DNA of 64,000 nucleotides from an uncultured Fibrobacterales bacterium (GCA_963934255.1 CAWVXU010000004.1:1641-65640), one strand, 5' to 3'; counted from the stretch's first letter, positions 54,086 through 63,918 are shown. Made by a program: numbers and translations. Notes: generated from the letters alone by a model not told the origin.

Positions 54086-55069
54086 TTAAGCCCTTGCCTC
54101 CTTGGGGATCAAAATATAAGTCAGCAGTCCTAAGAATGCTTGGAAAACCATCAAAAGGTATGCCAATAAGCTGACTTGCAGACAATGTGAATCACTTACG
54201 CCACTTAATTGCCCCAATATATAGATACTCGTAGCTTCTCTAAGTCCTACTCCCCCGATACTGATCGGGAGGTATAAGAGTAAGCTAAGTACAGAAAAGT
54301 AGATAGCGTTATCCCAAAAGGATATTTCAGCTCCAACTCCTTGATAAAAAAGAAGTTGAATAATAGATATAAGAATTTGTATTAAAAAAGAATACATCAA
54401 AGCAAGCCCGAGAGTTTTAGGTTGTTTGACTGTAGCTTGAATGTGATGGATAGATGCTTTGAAAACTTTAAATGGTATAAATTTAGCAACCCAATTTGAT
54501 TTGAAAATAGTGATCAGACAAAAGAGAAAAACGAGCAATGAAATTATACTCAGTGGAAGGTAAGTAGACTCTGGAAGAAGCTCTCTCGATGAAAAAGGTA
54601 GTGAAACCCACATTAAGAGCATCATCATTGATAGACCTAGAATCTTCGCAAAGACAATAGAGCCAATACTTTCTGATTTGGCTTCTATTACTTTTCCTAA
54701 TGAATATGATTTAATAATATCAGCTCCAACTCCAAGGGGAACCGCTAAATTAAGCGCATATCCGTAAAGTATATACTTAAGTAAAAAGGGGAAAGTGATT
54801 GAATTACCGTGTTTGAGTAATAATATTTTCCACCTTAGTCCTTGTAATAAAACAATTACCAGGGAAATAAGTAGACCGCTGAGTACATGGAAAACACTAA
54901 TGTTTTTTAACTCATCAATTACTTGATGATAATCAAATTTTTTAGTCACAAAATAAATTAGTCCGAAGCTAATGATTACTTTGAGTGCTGTTAGTGTGTG
55001 CTTCAATGTTAACTCATTTTTCTGATGTATTGAGAATTGAATTATTATTGCTTTTCCATGCATAGGCAA
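54086..55069 (-). CDS. Flippase-like (UPF0104 / LPG-synthase-TM family) membrane protein
   Basis: Polytopic. The N-terminal pattern KKFDYHQVIDELKNISVFHVLSGLLISLVIVLLQGLRWKILL is characteristic of this family. The true start may be downstream, because the track start overlaps the upstream gene by 56 nt. Confidence 0.6.
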   Translation of the reverse strand: MPMHGKAIIIQFSIHQKNELTLKHTLTALKVIISFGLIYFVTKKFDYHQVIDELKNISVFHVLSGLLISLVIVLLQGLRWKILLLKHGNSITFPFLLKYILYGYALNLAVPLGVGADIIKSYSLGKVIEAKSESIGSIVFAKILGLSMMMLLMWVSLPFSSRELLPESTYLPLSIISLLVFLFCLITIFKSNWVAKFIPFKVFKASIHHIQATVKQPKTLGLALMYSFLIQILISIIQLLFYQGVGAEISFWDNAIYFSVLSLLLYLPISIGGVGLREATSIYILGQLSGVSDSHCLQVSLLAYLLMVFQAFLGLLTYILIPKEARA

Positions 55070-57584
55070 TTAGACCTATAAGAATAGCAAGTCCAAGATA
55101 GACCCATTTTTTGGTAGAACGAACTGATTCACTAATAAATTGAACCGTTATATTTGAACTCCCTTGAGGAATTTCAAAAGCTAATAGGGTATGAAATGCT
55201 TTAAGAGGTGGCGTTTGTACTCCATTAACCATTATGACCCAATCTTTATGAAAGTTTTCATTAAAAAGAATATAACCAGATGATTCCGATTGTGTCTTCA
55301 TCTCATAGAAATCGGAGCTATTTGAACTTGTTATAGTGGATGTAGCTTTTGGTAGCGGTAATTCTGTTCTAGTTATTTGACCCAAACTATCTGTTTGAGT
55401 AATTGGGTTGGGACGCTCTATGGTCTTGATGTCATCATGCAGCTCTTTATCAAGAATGATTGTATTTTGATAGTCTGATTTACCAGATTTTAAGTAGGTC
55501 GGGATATCAATGTTTTTTCGTTTTTCGGAATAATGAAAAACAGTTGTGCGCGCAAAGGCCGAATCATTTTGAATGATTTGATTTTGCCCATTTCTATTTC
55601 TTACAATCAGAGATTTAGCTCCTAATAAATTCAAGAATGGGTTACTTTGAATGTTTTTTAAGCTTGCCCCTAGTTGTAGTTTATACAATAAATTTTCTGA
55701 ACTACGACCGCCTTTAAATGATCGAAAACTTGATAACTTATTATCATGATCACCTTGTAAAAATCTCAAGCCAAAATAAGGTCCGAAATTTGAGTTTATA
55801 GATTGGCCGTTAATATTGAATACTCGATATGAATTTAAGCTATCGGTATTGAGTGCTTTGATGGGTTGAGAAAAAGACTCCGCGGGTGGTAGTTTTGATG
55901 ATCGATCCAGAGTGACATTAAATGGGTTAAGAATCATTAAATTAGTTCCTAGACCAAGAATGAAAAACGCGATTAAAATTTGTGTTTGATCTTTGTGTAT
56001 TTTTAAGACGAAGTAAGTGAGACCTGAACAAAAAACAAGCCAAATAAAACTCGTGATAGTATTTCCGGGTGCCAAGGCGATTAAGTTAAGTTTTTCACCT
56101 GCTAAAGGGGTAAAGTATGGTGCTGCTTCGAATGATGGCCCATGAGAAAATCCAAGTAAAAGAATAGATAATAGAGGAACTGCTAGTCCCAGCCAAACGG
56201 ATTTGGGAACGTCTTTTAAACTATTAAAGTGCGTCTTAACTATGTATAAAATAAAAGCAACAAACAAAATGGAAGCAAATCCAGCTAAGCCACCCTTGGC
56301 ACTCGGCCATTGAAACCGGAGTAATGTGAGAATGAAACCTAATGCAATCAAAGTAGCAAAGGGTTTCCAGTTCAGGTTTGATCGGAGAGTTTCAATTTTG
56401 GGGAAATAAACTAAAATTTGAGAAGCGGAGATAAGGAGTAGAACGGGAATCCAAAATAAAACCATTGATGGTGCACGAAAACTTTTTGCTCCTGGGATAA
56501 TTTCATAAAATAGTTTAAATAGGGGAGTATCAGCACCAACTGAATAGATCACAAGTAGACTCATTGCTGAGACGAGAAAGAGACTTTGTTTCCAAAAGCG
56601 GCTTGAAAATAATCCAATAATTCCCAAAATTAATAAAACAAGCCCTGGTGAATCGTGATTGAGTTTAAAATGATTGTGGCCCCAGTATGGGTTTTCCATT
56701 GTATTAGACTTCGGGCTAGGTAGAGAATAACCTACAAAGTTTGGAAGAATCATTGATGCAGTCTCTTCAAAATGATTTGACCAAGATGCGGAGTGACCAA
56801 AGGATTGCTGTTGGGCATCCGAGCGCACTGATTGGGTCGTGGTATATTCATAGGGAGGGATGATTTGCAAGGAACAAAGACCCAGGCCTGCAATGAGGGC
56901 AATGCCGATTAAAACTTGTCTTTGAACTTTTAATTTATTAGAGGATTTTGTGTCATTGATGAAATTTTCAAATAGACTAAAGAATAAAATACCCCAGAGA
57001 AAAAAGTAACCGAGTTGAATGTGGCCCATGATGGCCCAAACGGAAGTAAAAGCAAATATTGGAAGACCCCAAGTCCAATTTTCTCGACAATACTTGATAA
57101 TTGCGTATGCACCTAGAGGAGCGATGGCAATAACCATCATTTTCCCATCATGCCCAGGATAAATGTGAGTGAAAAATTGTGGATTAAGAGCAAATAAAGA
57201 TGCAAGAAGTCCGCCAATTCTCCAATCTTTAGTTAAATAACTTCCCAATATATAAGCGCTAATAAAGCCGCTAAGCAGTGTAGTGGCGAACATCCATGCG
57301 AGAGAACGAGCAGGGTCCATCAATAATTGTAAAAAGGTGATTGGGTGGTAAGGGGAGCCATAGGTTGCATCTAAAGTCGGATAACCGCCAATTTTACTAG
57401 GGTCCCAATGCGGTAACCAGAAACTTGTTCTGAACCATTTGCCACCAATGTGATTGAGCTGGTCTTGAGACATAATTAATTGATTGGAATCAAATAGGGC
57501 ATCCTTCATCAAAAAGCTAATGATAACCGCAAATGAGAGAGTCAAAAGGCCAAAATATTTTAGATTTAGTGGTGTTGCTTTCAA
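55014..57584 (-). CDS. Large polytopic membrane protein, YfhO-like (GT-C-type glycosyltransferase candidate)
   Basis: 856 aa with more than 12 predicted TM helices, followed by a ~300-aa extracytoplasmic C-terminal domain and a final TM helix. This architecture and the N-terminus resemble the YfhO family. The assignment rests on recollection only. Confidence 0.5.
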   Translation of the reverse strand: MKATPLNLKYFGLLTLSFAVIISFLMKDALFDSNQLIMSQDQLNHIGGKWFRTSFWLPHWDPSKIGGYPTLDATYGSPYHPITFLQLLMDPARSLAWMFATTLLSGFISAYILGSYLTKDWRIGGLLASLFALNPQFFTHIYPGHDGKMMVIAIAPLGAYAIIKYCRENWTWGLPIFAFTSVWAIMGHIQLGYFFLWGILFFSLFENFINDTKSSNKLKVQRQVLIGIALIAGLGLCSLQIIPPYEYTTTQSVRSDAQQQSFGHSASWSNHFEETASMILPNFVGYSLPSPKSNTMENPYWGHNHFKLNHDSPGLVLLILGIIGLFSSRFWKQSLFLVSAMSLLVIYSVGADTPLFKLFYEIIPGAKSFRAPSMVLFWIPVLLLISASQILVYFPKIETLRSNLNWKPFATLIALGFILTLLRFQWPSAKGGLAGFASILFVAFILYIVKTHFNSLKDVPKSVWLGLAVPLLSILLLGFSHGPSFEAAPYFTPLAGEKLNLIALAPGNTITSFIWLVFCSGLTYFVLKIHKDQTQILIAFFILGLGTNLMILNPFNVTLDRSSKLPPAESFSQPIKALNTDSLNSYRVFNINGQSINSNFGPYFGLRFLQGDHDNKLSSFRSFKGGRSSENLLYKLQLGASLKNIQSNPFLNLLGAKSLIVRNRNGQNQIIQNDSAFARTTVFHYSEKRKNIDIPTYLKSGKSDYQNTIILDKELHDDIKTIERPNPITQTDSLGQITRTELPLPKATSTITSSNSSDFYEMKTQSESSGYILFNENFHKDWVIMVNGVQTPPLKAFHTLLAFEIPQGSSNITVQFISESVRSTKKWVYLGLAILIGLIAYAWKSNNNSILNTSEK

Positions 57585-57594
57585 AAGTAGTCTC

Positions 57595-58521
57595 CTATTT
57601 TTTTTGACCTGTGATCAAAAAGAGAGGTAGTCCATTTTCAATGGACATTTGTTCAAGTTTAATATCAATAAAATTTTGTTCTGTCAGTAATTTACAGATT
57701 TCCTCTGCTTCAAAGCCTAACCAAAGGTCACCTAGCTTCTCTCTCGTCCATTCTTGATCATGCTTAAGCATATCAATGATGATGAATCGTCCGTTGGGAG
57801 CCAAAACTCTTGATAACTCTTGGAGAGCTAAAGAGGGTTGCGCAGAATGATGCAGTACTTGGCTCATAAAAACTAAGTCAGCAGACAGATCGTTTACTGG
57901 AAGTTGATCAACATCTCCGATACTAGCAGTAATATTGGATAAGTTTTGAATTTTGGCCTGAGCTTGCACATGTTCTAACATTTTTGGACTAATATCAATC
58001 GCGGTTACTTTTTCACAAGAGCGAGCTAATAATAAACTCAGGTCGCCTTCGCCACAACCAACATCAATGACATTTTTGGATTTAATGCACCAGGCAAGAC
58101 CGCGCAGTAAAGCTTCTAGTCCACCACCTGGTGCAACGAGGTTGTGATAATCACCAGCTAGCTCATCAAAAAATTCTTGAGTTTTACCTCGACGAGCATT
58201 GAGAGTATCTTGGATTTTTAATTCTAAAGCTTCTATCCCGGGGAGCCCAGCCCAAGTGGACTCCAAAATGGCTTTGATCTCAGGACTCGTGCGAAGTTTG
58301 TCAGACCATCGGTTAAAAACCAAAGTCCCTTCTCGTCTGTCTTGTAACAGCTCAGACTCACGAAGTTGATTGAGATGTCTTGAAATATTACTCTGGTGGA
58401 GGTCTAGAATTTGAACCATTTCACCCACGGTAAACTCAGCATCCTTAAGTAGAACCAGTATTTTAAGCCGATTTTCATCGGCAATGACTTTTAATAATTT
58501 TAGAGATGGGCTCAGTTTCAA
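57595..58521 (-). CDS. ArsR/SmtB-family HTH fused to a SAM-dependent methyltransferase domain
   Basis: The N-terminal wHTH reads LKVIADENRLKILVLLKDAEFTVGEMVQILDLHQSNISRHLNQL. The C-terminal methyltransferase motif I is VIDVGCGEGDLS, with NGRFIIIDM. Confidence 0.85.
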   Translation of the reverse strand: MKLSPSLKLLKVIADENRLKILVLLKDAEFTVGEMVQILDLHQSNISRHLNQLRESELLQDRREGTLVFNRWSDKLRTSPEIKAILESTWAGLPGIEALELKIQDTLNARRGKTQEFFDELAGDYHNLVAPGGGLEALLRGLAWCIKSKNVIDVGCGEGDLSLLLARSCEKVTAIDISPKMLEHVQAQAKIQNLSNITASIGDVDQLPVNDLSADLVFMSQVLHHSAQPSLALQELSRVLAPNGRFIIIDMLKHDQEWTREKLGDLWLGFEAEEICKLLTEQNFIDIKLEQMSIENGLPLFLITGQKK

Positions 58522-58569
58522 ATAATTCTCCTTATAATCAAGTAAAATAGGAATTTTATTGAATCTAGT

Positions 58570-59232
58570 TTAGTGAAAAGCCGAATATTCCAGAGAGAGT
58601 TGAGTGATGAGTTTCCACCAAAGAAAGAAGTTCTCAGAATATGAGCTCAGTTCAGTCGAATGACAGATTAATAGTAGTATCCAGCAGAGATTAAGAGAGA
58701 ATATCCATAACATTGAAATAGGGAAGCTTGCGAGATTAAAGTCAGTTTGATTCCTATGAATTTCCTTTTTTAATCTGTAAAAATAATTACCTAAAAACAT
58801 AGCAGAAATCATTAAAAGATAAATTTGAATATCATCTTGAAAAAGAGGGGAAATACTATAAAAGAGCAATGCATAAAGAGGAAAGAAATAGGGGGCCAAA
58901 CAAATGATTGTGGTCGTGTTGTTTAGAGTGATATGTCCAGTGCCTTTGGAATCAATTTTTAACTCACCTGGGGTCTTAAAATGCAAGTAAGCAAATAGGA
59001 TGTGAGAAAACTCATGTTCAAAAGTGTCCCAAAAAGTGAAAAAATTCTGACCATGCCTTTTAAAAACAACAAAACGAGCAAAAATTGTAATTGCGATAAT
59101 GCATAGACAAATGAGTAAAGTGGTGTCTTCAATCCCTTTATCTAAAAGGGATTTCCAATTGTTTTCTACCAAAATTGCCCAAATAAAAGAAAAAGGCAAT
59201 ATGAGAAACGCAAGTCTAAAAACAAAAAACAT
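58570..59232 (-). CDS. Polytopic membrane protein with HExxH motif (putative membrane zincin)
   Basis: At least 5 TM helices. The sequence [12 protein letters not shown] carries HEFSH at a helix boundary. Confidence 0.5.
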   Translation of the reverse strand: MFFVFRLAFLILPFSFIWAILVENNWKSLLDKGIEDTTLLICLCIIAITIFARFVVFKRHGQNFFTFWDTFEHEFSHILFAYLHFKTPGELKIDSKGTGHITLNNTTTIICLAPYFFPLYALLFYSISPLFQDDIQIYLLMISAMFLGNYFYRLKKEIHRNQTDFNLASFPISMLWIFSLNLCWILLLICHSTELSSYSENFFLWWKLITQLSLEYSAFH

Positions 59233-59286
59233 GATACAAATACTATATTAATCTTCAAATTAATTCACTCTCAATTTGGAGAAAAT

Positions 59287-60582
59287 ATGTCTATTATCAA
59301 AAAAGTTATTGCACGTCAAATCCTTGATTCACGTGGTAATCCAACTGTAGAAGTTGATGTTACTCTTGACACTGGAATCATGGCTCGCGCTGCTGTACCA
59401 TCAGGTGCATCAACTGGTGAACACGAAGCGTGTGAACTTCGCGATGGCGACAAATCTGTCTACCTTGGTAAAGGTGTTCTTCAAGCAGTTCAAAATGTGA
59501 ACACTAAAATCAACAAAGCTCTGAAAGGTCAAAAAGTGACTGGACAAGCCAAAATTGATCAAATCATGCTTGACCTTGATGGTACTACTAACAAAACAAA
59601 CTTAGGTGCAAATGCTATCCTTGGTGTTTCAATGGCTGTTGCTCGTGCTGCTGCACAATCAAAAAAACAACCTCTTTACAAATACATTCAGTCTCTTACT
59701 AAAGACAAATCAAACAAAATGCCTCTTCCAATGTGTAATATCATTAATGGTGGTGCTCACTCTTCAGCACCAATTGATATTCAAGAATTTATGGTAGCTC
59801 CTGTTGGTGCATCATCTTTTGAGCAAGGACTTCAGTGGTGTACTGAAATTTTCCATGCGCTTAAAGGAGTTCTTCATGATGCAGGCTATGCAACTACAGT
59901 TGGTGACGAAGGTGGATATGCTCCTGGTGTCAAAAACACTGATGAAGTTTTCGCACTTATTAAAAAAGCGACTCTAGCTGCTGGACTTAAATGGGGAACA
60001 GACATCAAGCTTGCATTAGACGTTGCTGCTGCCGAACTATTTGATAAAGAGACCGGTCTTTACGTATTTGCTAAATCAGAGCCTGGTAAAAAAGGTAAAA
60101 CTTCTGAGCAAATGGTTAAGTACTATGAAAAAATGGCTAAAAAATACCCTATCTACTCAATCGAAGATGGCTTAGATGAAAATGATTGGTCTGGTTGGAA
60201 AGCTCTTACTAAATCACTTGGTAAGGGTATTCAATTAGTTGGTGATGATTTATTTGTAACTAACCCAGAGCGTCTTGCTACGGGGATTAAACAAAAATCA
60301 GCAAATGCTATCCTCATTAAAGTCAATCAAATTGGTACAATCACTGAAACTCTTGCTGCTATCTCTATGGCTCAAAAAGCCAAATTTGGTGTTGTTTCTT
60401 CGCATCGTTCAGGCGAAACAGAAGATTCATTCATTGCTGACCTTGCTGTCGGCACTGGTTGTGGACAAATCAAAACGGGTTCACTTTCACGCACGGACCG
60501 TGTTTGTAAATACAATCAGCTTCTTCGTATTTCTGAAGACCTTAAAGGTAAAGCTGTTTGGGATACCAAATCTTTCAAATAA
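59287..60582 (+). CDS. eno: Enolase
   Basis: [17 protein letters not shown], the [12 protein letters not shown]-like SHRSGETED region and LLRISEDL are present. Length is 431 aa. Confidence 0.97.
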   Translation: MSIIKKVIARQILDSRGNPTVEVDVTLDTGIMARAAVPSGASTGEHEACELRDGDKSVYLGKGVLQAVQNVNTKINKALKGQKVTGQAKIDQIMLDLDGTTNKTNLGANAILGVSMAVARAAAQSKKQPLYKYIQSLTKDKSNKMPLPMCNIINGGAHSSAPIDIQEFMVAPVGASSFEQGLQWCTEIFHALKGVLHDAGYATTVGDEGGYAPGVKNTDEVFALIKKATLAAGLKWGTDIKLALDVAAAELFDKETGLYVFAKSEPGKKGKTSEQMVKYYEKMAKKYPIYSIEDGLDENDWSGWKALTKSLGKGIQLVGDDLFVTNPERLATGIKQKSANAILIKVNQIGTITETLAAISMAQKAKFGVVSSHRSGETEDSFIADLAVGTGCGQIKTGSLSRTDRVCKYNQLLRISEDLKGKAVWDTKSFK

Positions 60583-60620
60583 TTTGATTGATTTGAGTTC
60601 ATGTTAAGATTACAAATTAA

Positions 60621-60649
60621 AGGTTCGCAGATTCTGCGGGCCTTTTTTT
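60621..60649 (+). terminator. Rho-independent terminator after eno
   Basis: Stem GGTTCGCAG / CTGCGGGCC (imperfect), then T7. Confidence 0.6.
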
Positions 60650-60708
60650 GGTTTACCGGCTAAGGTTTTTATCTTGACTATTAAGATGAATTTGATTGGA
60701 TTTAAAAA

Positions 60709-61485
60709 GTGGAAATAATTAAAAATATGAAATTGATTATTGGATGTCTCTTAACTTTGATGCTAACTAATGGATATTCTCAACTTAGAAACCCATATGA
60801 AGGCACTTCTTGGAGTCAATTCTCATCTATTATAAGTTCATTGGGGATTGCTACTCTATCTACTCATATTCTCAATCGAGATCTTACCGGGGGGCAGATA
60901 CTCTCAAAAAGTCCTTTGCTTTGGGATCAAAATTTCCATAGTCAATATAATCAAGGATATGAAACAGCTTCCAATACAGTACCATGGTTAAATGTGGTTT
61001 TTCTTGTACCTAGTGTGCGGGATGAGAGAGTTTTCGAAGATATTATGCTTTATGCAGAAGCGGTTTCATGGAGTGCAGCGGTAAATATGTCGGTTCGAGC
61101 AATAAAGCTTTGGCCAAGACCGCTGGTCCATAATGATCAATCAGGTCCACATAAAGGTGAGGCTTACGGAAGCTTTTATAGTGGCCATGCTTCCAATAGC
61201 TTTGCTTTTGCTACAGCCTTTGTCCATCGTCAATACCATGTACATCCACATTCCAAATCCAATATTTGGTGGGCTAGTGGTGCCTATCTGATCGCTAGCC
61301 TAACTTCCTCAACAAGAGTTTTGTCTGGTAAACATTATCCGACCGATGTTATTGTTGGTGCCTTAATGGGGTCTAGTATAAGTTATTTATTGATGGAATA
61401 TCGAAGTATTGATGATCAAAAAAAATCTCAAATTGGACCTGTCATGATGTCACCCAAATTCATACAAATGAGTTTCTCTTTTTAA
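60709..61485 (+). CDS. PAP2-family (type 2 phosphatidic acid phosphatase-like) phosphatase
   Basis: It has the tripartite PAP2 motif: KLWPRP (KX6RP), YSGH (PSGH-like) and TRVLSGKHYPTDV (SRX5HX3D). Signal peptide or N-terminal TM. GTG start at 60709, or ATG at 60727. Confidence 0.8.
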   Translation: MEIIKNMKLIIGCLLTLMLTNGYSQLRNPYEGTSWSQFSSIISSLGIATLSTHILNRDLTGGQILSKSPLLWDQNFHSQYNQGYETASNTVPWLNVVFLVPSVRDERVFEDIMLYAEAVSWSAAVNMSVRAIKLWPRPLVHNDQSGPHKGEAYGSFYSGHASNSFAFATAFVHRQYHVHPHSKSNIWWASGAYLIASLTSSTRVLSGKHYPTDVIVGALMGSSISYLLMEYRSIDDQKKSQIGPVMMSPKFIQMSFSF

Positions 61486-61499
61486 ATTTTACATGTTTT

Positions 61500-61829
61500 T
61501 TATTCAGGGCAGTCACAGTCTTTTTTGCCGAGGAACCATCTTCTAAACCAAGATGCCATTTTATAGGACTTGTGAAGTGCACCTTTGCGGTATTCTGGTG
61601 GTAAAATCCAAAATATATCCTTAATAGAAGGGTAGAAATCAGCTAAATAATTTATTGCTTCTTTTCCTATGAAAATTTTTTCACCGTCCTGTACATAGAA
61701 CTCTTTATACTCTAATAATTTTTCATCAGAAATTTGGTTAAAGCTTAAATTGTCTAGGCTGGATTGCTTTTCTAATAGCTTTACAAAGCTTTTACATACG
61801 GGGCAATTGGAATCGTAATAGAGTATCAT
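61500..61829 (-). CDS. DCC-family thiol-disulfide oxidoreductase (DUF393)
   Basis: The N-terminal ILYYDSNCPVCKSF (CxxC) is typical of DUF393. Confidence 0.7.
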   Translation of the reverse strand: MILYYDSNCPVCKSFVKLLEKQSSLDNLSFNQISDEKLLEYKEFYVQDGEKIFIGKEAINYLADFYPSIKDIFWILPPEYRKGALHKSYKMASWFRRWFLGKKDCDCPE

Positions 61830-61860
61830 GACAAAAGCTTAACTAATTTAAAGTTGTGAG

Positions 61861-62823
61861 TTAAGGGTTCTTTTCATTTATAATGAAAGATTGATATTTG
61901 TTTAATACGCTGTCTTTAAATCTCATGATGATAATCTCGGTTTTAATTGTATTGAGGATGTTAATGACTAAACGATTTTGTCGAGATAATATAAATAAGC
62001 CTCTACCACTTAAATCTTCAATCCCCGCTGGAATGGGTCGATCGTTGAAAGCCGTATGGCGTTCAATTTTTTCTAAAACACGGTTGAGTGTGAGTGAGCC
62101 TGTTTGGTCGGTGACAGATAGACCCCATTTTTCATCGTCTTCAACAATATGAAACTGAATGGCTTTTTCAGGGGGAACTTCAACAAACTTAGGTGACAAA
62201 GTTTGATTGGCTTCGCGATCTTCTGGTGTGATGTCATAAACACCATAGCTTAGTGCATTGACTGTGAGCTCAGATATGGCAGTTGTAAAATTGTATTTTG
62301 ATTCTTCATCTAAACGAGGGATGAAGTCTTGAAACGCCTTGATCAATATGTCGTTAAAATTAAATTTTCCCGAAAAGGTAAATGACTGATCAAACTCATT
62401 AAAACCTTTTGGGAAAAAGGCTTTGAGTCCAAAAAAATCTTCAAATAAAAGCTTGCGAGTAATTGCCCAAATCATGGGTAAGTCAAAATTGTCATTGAAT
62501 AAAATATTACCAATCTTAAACTGTCTGGCAACATCAAAGTAGTTTTGGTTAGGGTCAACAATGAGAACTTCTTGAACCGGATTATTAGCCCATTTTTTTT
62601 GAAACTCACCTAATGTTTGAAAAGATTCGGCAGAATCTTTTTTGTGGGTTTCTATAAAAACAAGACTATTTTTAACACTTTTATCAAGTTTGACACGAGT
62701 CAATGAGTTGACTTTTATAATCTCAATGTCTTCGCGGTTATGCTCCCTTACTAACCTAGAAAAAATATCTAGAAGCTTTGAGCCCATACCTTGAGTGCTT
62801 GCGCATAAAAATATCTGATACAT
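61861..62823 (-). CDS. Hypothetical protein with C-terminal RsbW/SpoIIAB-like HATPase region
   Basis: The C-terminal half contains ISELTVNALSYG (N-box-like), VTDQTGSL (G1-like) and LSGRGLFILS (G2-like). The N-terminal ~110 aa alternates beta and alpha segments in a receiver/flavodoxin-like way. Motifs were recognised by eye only. Confidence 0.4.
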   Translation of the reverse strand: MYQIFLCASTQGMGSKLLDIFSRLVREHNREDIEIIKVNSLTRVKLDKSVKNSLVFIETHKKDSAESFQTLGEFQKKWANNPVQEVLIVDPNQNYFDVARQFKIGNILFNDNFDLPMIWAITRKLLFEDFFGLKAFFPKGFNEFDQSFTFSGKFNFNDILIKAFQDFIPRLDEESKYNFTTAISELTVNALSYGVYDITPEDREANQTLSPKFVEVPPEKAIQFHIVEDDEKWGLSVTDQTGSLTLNRVLEKIERHTAFNDRPIPAGIEDLSGRGLFILSRQNRLVINILNTIKTEIIIMRFKDSVLNKYQSFIINEKNP

Positions 62824-62881
62824 CTCAATATTTTAACGTATTTAAGGCTTTTAATCAATCAAAAACAAAAAATTATTGAAA

Positions 62882-63211
62882 TCAGACTTCTTTTTTACGC
62901 CGAGCGATAAATGCGAGAATTAAATAGGAAATGAAAATCGTGGCCATAAATTGGACAGAATTAAGTCGGTTTAAGCCTTGAGCGATGAGTTTGACAAAAA
63001 CGGTAGATAAAAAGCCATATCCAAAAGTACACAAAAGTACAAAGAGGGCAAAACGAAGGAACCAGTTCATCTTGGCAGTAGATTTTCTGAAGTATCGGTT
63101 GAGTTGATGGCCATAGACCATGAGTAGGGTGGCTACTAAAGAGAAGGCAATTTCCTGAGTGTGATCTCTTAAGTATTGTATTGCTGGGAGTATTTCAGAG
63201 GGTATTTGCAT
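62882..63211 (-). CDS. Hypothetical membrane protein (109 aa, 3 TM)
   Basis: The ORF has three hydrophobic segments. I recognise no family. Confidence 0.5.
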   Translation of the reverse strand: MQIPSEILPAIQYLRDHTQEIAFSLVATLLMVYGHQLNRYFRKSTAKMNWFLRFALFVLLCTFGYGFLSTVFVKLIAQGLNRLNSVQFMATIFISYLILAFIARRKKEV

Positions 63212-63310
63212 ATATGAAAGATAATAAAGTGTGTGAGTTATCTCACAACTAGATAGAAGGATGCTTAAGCCGAAGGTGAATTATTGCGATGATAGATATA
63301 TGGAGGATTT

Positions 63311-63394
63311 ATGTTTGATTATATACTTAGCCCAATTGTTTTGACTGTCTTGGCCATCATTGAATTTTGTACTTATGTTTACCTCTTTTCTTGA
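63311..63394 (+). CDS. Possible 27-aa hydrophobic peptide
   Basis: Below the track cutoff. It reads MFDYILSPIVLTVLAIIEFCTYVYLFS and is preceded by GGAGGA 3 nt upstream of the ATG. It sits in the 325-nt gap before ssrA. Confidence 0.25.
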   Translation: MFDYILSPIVLTVLAIIEFCTYVYLFS

Positions 63395-63536
63395 GCCAAA
63401 TTACTTTGTGGAAAGATCCCATTTCTGAGATGCCTTATCGGATATTCGAATTTACAAGAATTGACTTGTGTTTTCATTATTTAAAATTCTATATTTATAA
63501 TAACCCAATGGTCAAGTAATTGGTTGTTGTTGAGCA

Positions 63537-63912
63537 CGGGGATGCTCAGGTTTCGACAGGTTAATGGAAAAATAAGTTGCATGCAGAGGACTCGGTTGGC
63601 CTCTTAAAAAAACCGTAAACAAATAATTGCAGAAGATAACTATTCTTACGCAATGGCTGCTTAATCTAAACTCGTTTTAGTTTAAGTGTCCATCCCACAT
63701 GATGCTTCGCGCGTAGGGTGATTGTGGGTATATATAAAAACGGGCTAGGCTCTCTCAGTGTTCTGGGGTGAGGGTTGAAATTTACGGAACTGGTCTTTTG
63801 GTTAGCCGACCTTTTTGGGCGAGGCAGTAGACGAGAATCAAATCAAAGGTAAAGCATGTAGGAGCGAATTTGGAAGTCTTCTTGGACGCGGGTTCAATTC
63901 CCGCCATCTCCA
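63537..63912 (+). ncRNA. ssrA: tmRNA (SsrA), standard one-piece
   Basis: The 5' end GGGGATGCTCAGGTTTCGACAGG pairs with the 3' end CATCTCC+A. The conserved GGTTGGCCTCTTAAAAAAACCG lies upstream of the resume codon. The tag ORF GCA GAA GAT AAC TAT TCT TAC GCA ATG GCT GCT TAA (63629-63664) encodes AEDNYSYAMAA. The T-arm is GGACGCGGGTTCAATTCCCGCC. Confidence 0.93.
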
Positions 63913-63918
63913 TATATT

